Source of the DNA: a virus
Taxonomy: Duplodnaviria > Heunggongvirae > Uroviricota > Caudoviricetes
Direction: 5' to 3' (one strand)
IMG/VR virus record: IMGVR_UViG_2675903469_000006
Location: 1-6,993 of that record
Length of the DNA stretch: 6,993 bases
The notes under the pieces are model-generated. The model was given only the letters and a program-made list of their open reading frames with translations, made no database searches and had not been told where the DNA came from. Both the position numbers and the translations under genes were made by a program. This document shows, piece by piece, positions 6,913 through 6,993 of the stretch; positions within the stretch are counted from its first letter, which is position 1; every line of letters begins with the position of its first letter.

Positions 6913-6993
6913 TGCACATTGGACAGGCTCTTGATCTGGTATCCCGTTACGATTCTCTGCGTAACCCACTGACTTCTCTGGGGGATTACCTCG
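6912..6993 (+). CDS. insG: IS4 transposase (InsG-like), N-terminal 27 codons only; runs off the window
   Basis: ATG at 6912; translation MHIGQALDLVSRYDSLRNPLTSLGDYL. Identification is by recalled similarity and needs a database check. Confidence 0.6.
   Translation, partial: MHIGQALDLVSRYDSLRNPLTSLGDYL

Larger units (their letters stand above)
6828..6993 (+). mobile_element. IS4-like insertion sequence, left end (partial; continues beyond the window)
   Basis: A transposase ORF starts at 6912 whose first 27 residues (MHIGQALDLVSRYDSLRNPLTSLGDYL) match the IS4 InsG N-terminus as I recall it. The left boundary is inferred at about 6828 (TAATGCCGATCAGTTAAGG), where the portal frame terminates abruptly; it is uncertain by roughly 15 bp. 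Confidence 0.6.

Noticed and set aside
1-6993. CRISPR arrays, tRNA or rRNA genes, or defence-system signatures
   Set aside because: I saw no regularly spaced direct repeats, no tRNA-like cloverleaf segments and no large uncharacterised ATPase or nuclease ORFs. Every ORF over 100 aa is accounted for by phage structural, lysis or IS transposase functions.

Overview
This window is the late region (lysis cassette plus DNA-packaging module) of a lambdoid, phage 21 / HK97-like enterobacterial prophage, damaged by two insertion sequences and broken by an assembly gap. I did not find convincing evidence of an undescribed biological system; the least-explained element is a small two-helix membrane ORF between the large terminase and portal genes. 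All identifications are from reading the sequence and recalled family knowledge; no database search was run. Left to right: (1) an S21-like pinholin gene interrupted at 340/341 by a complete IS2 (341..1671, minus orientation, insC/insD intact with the A6G frameshift site); (2) a 21-nt N run (1673..1693) flanked by an 85-bp imperfect direct repeat of the holin segment, so the two sides may not be truly contiguous; (3) holin 3' end overlapping a SAR-type endolysin, then Rz with Rz1 embedded in the +1 frame; (4) an HNH endonuclease, a GC-rich inverted repeat in the intergenic region (candidate cos/packaging site), a P27-family small terminase and a large terminase; (5) a small membrane ORF and an HK97-family portal gene that appears to carry a frameshift near its 5' end and is cut at its 3' end by the left end of an IS4-like element, whose transposase runs off the window. 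Overall this looks like a decaying cryptic prophage in an IS-rich Escherichia/Shigella-type genome.
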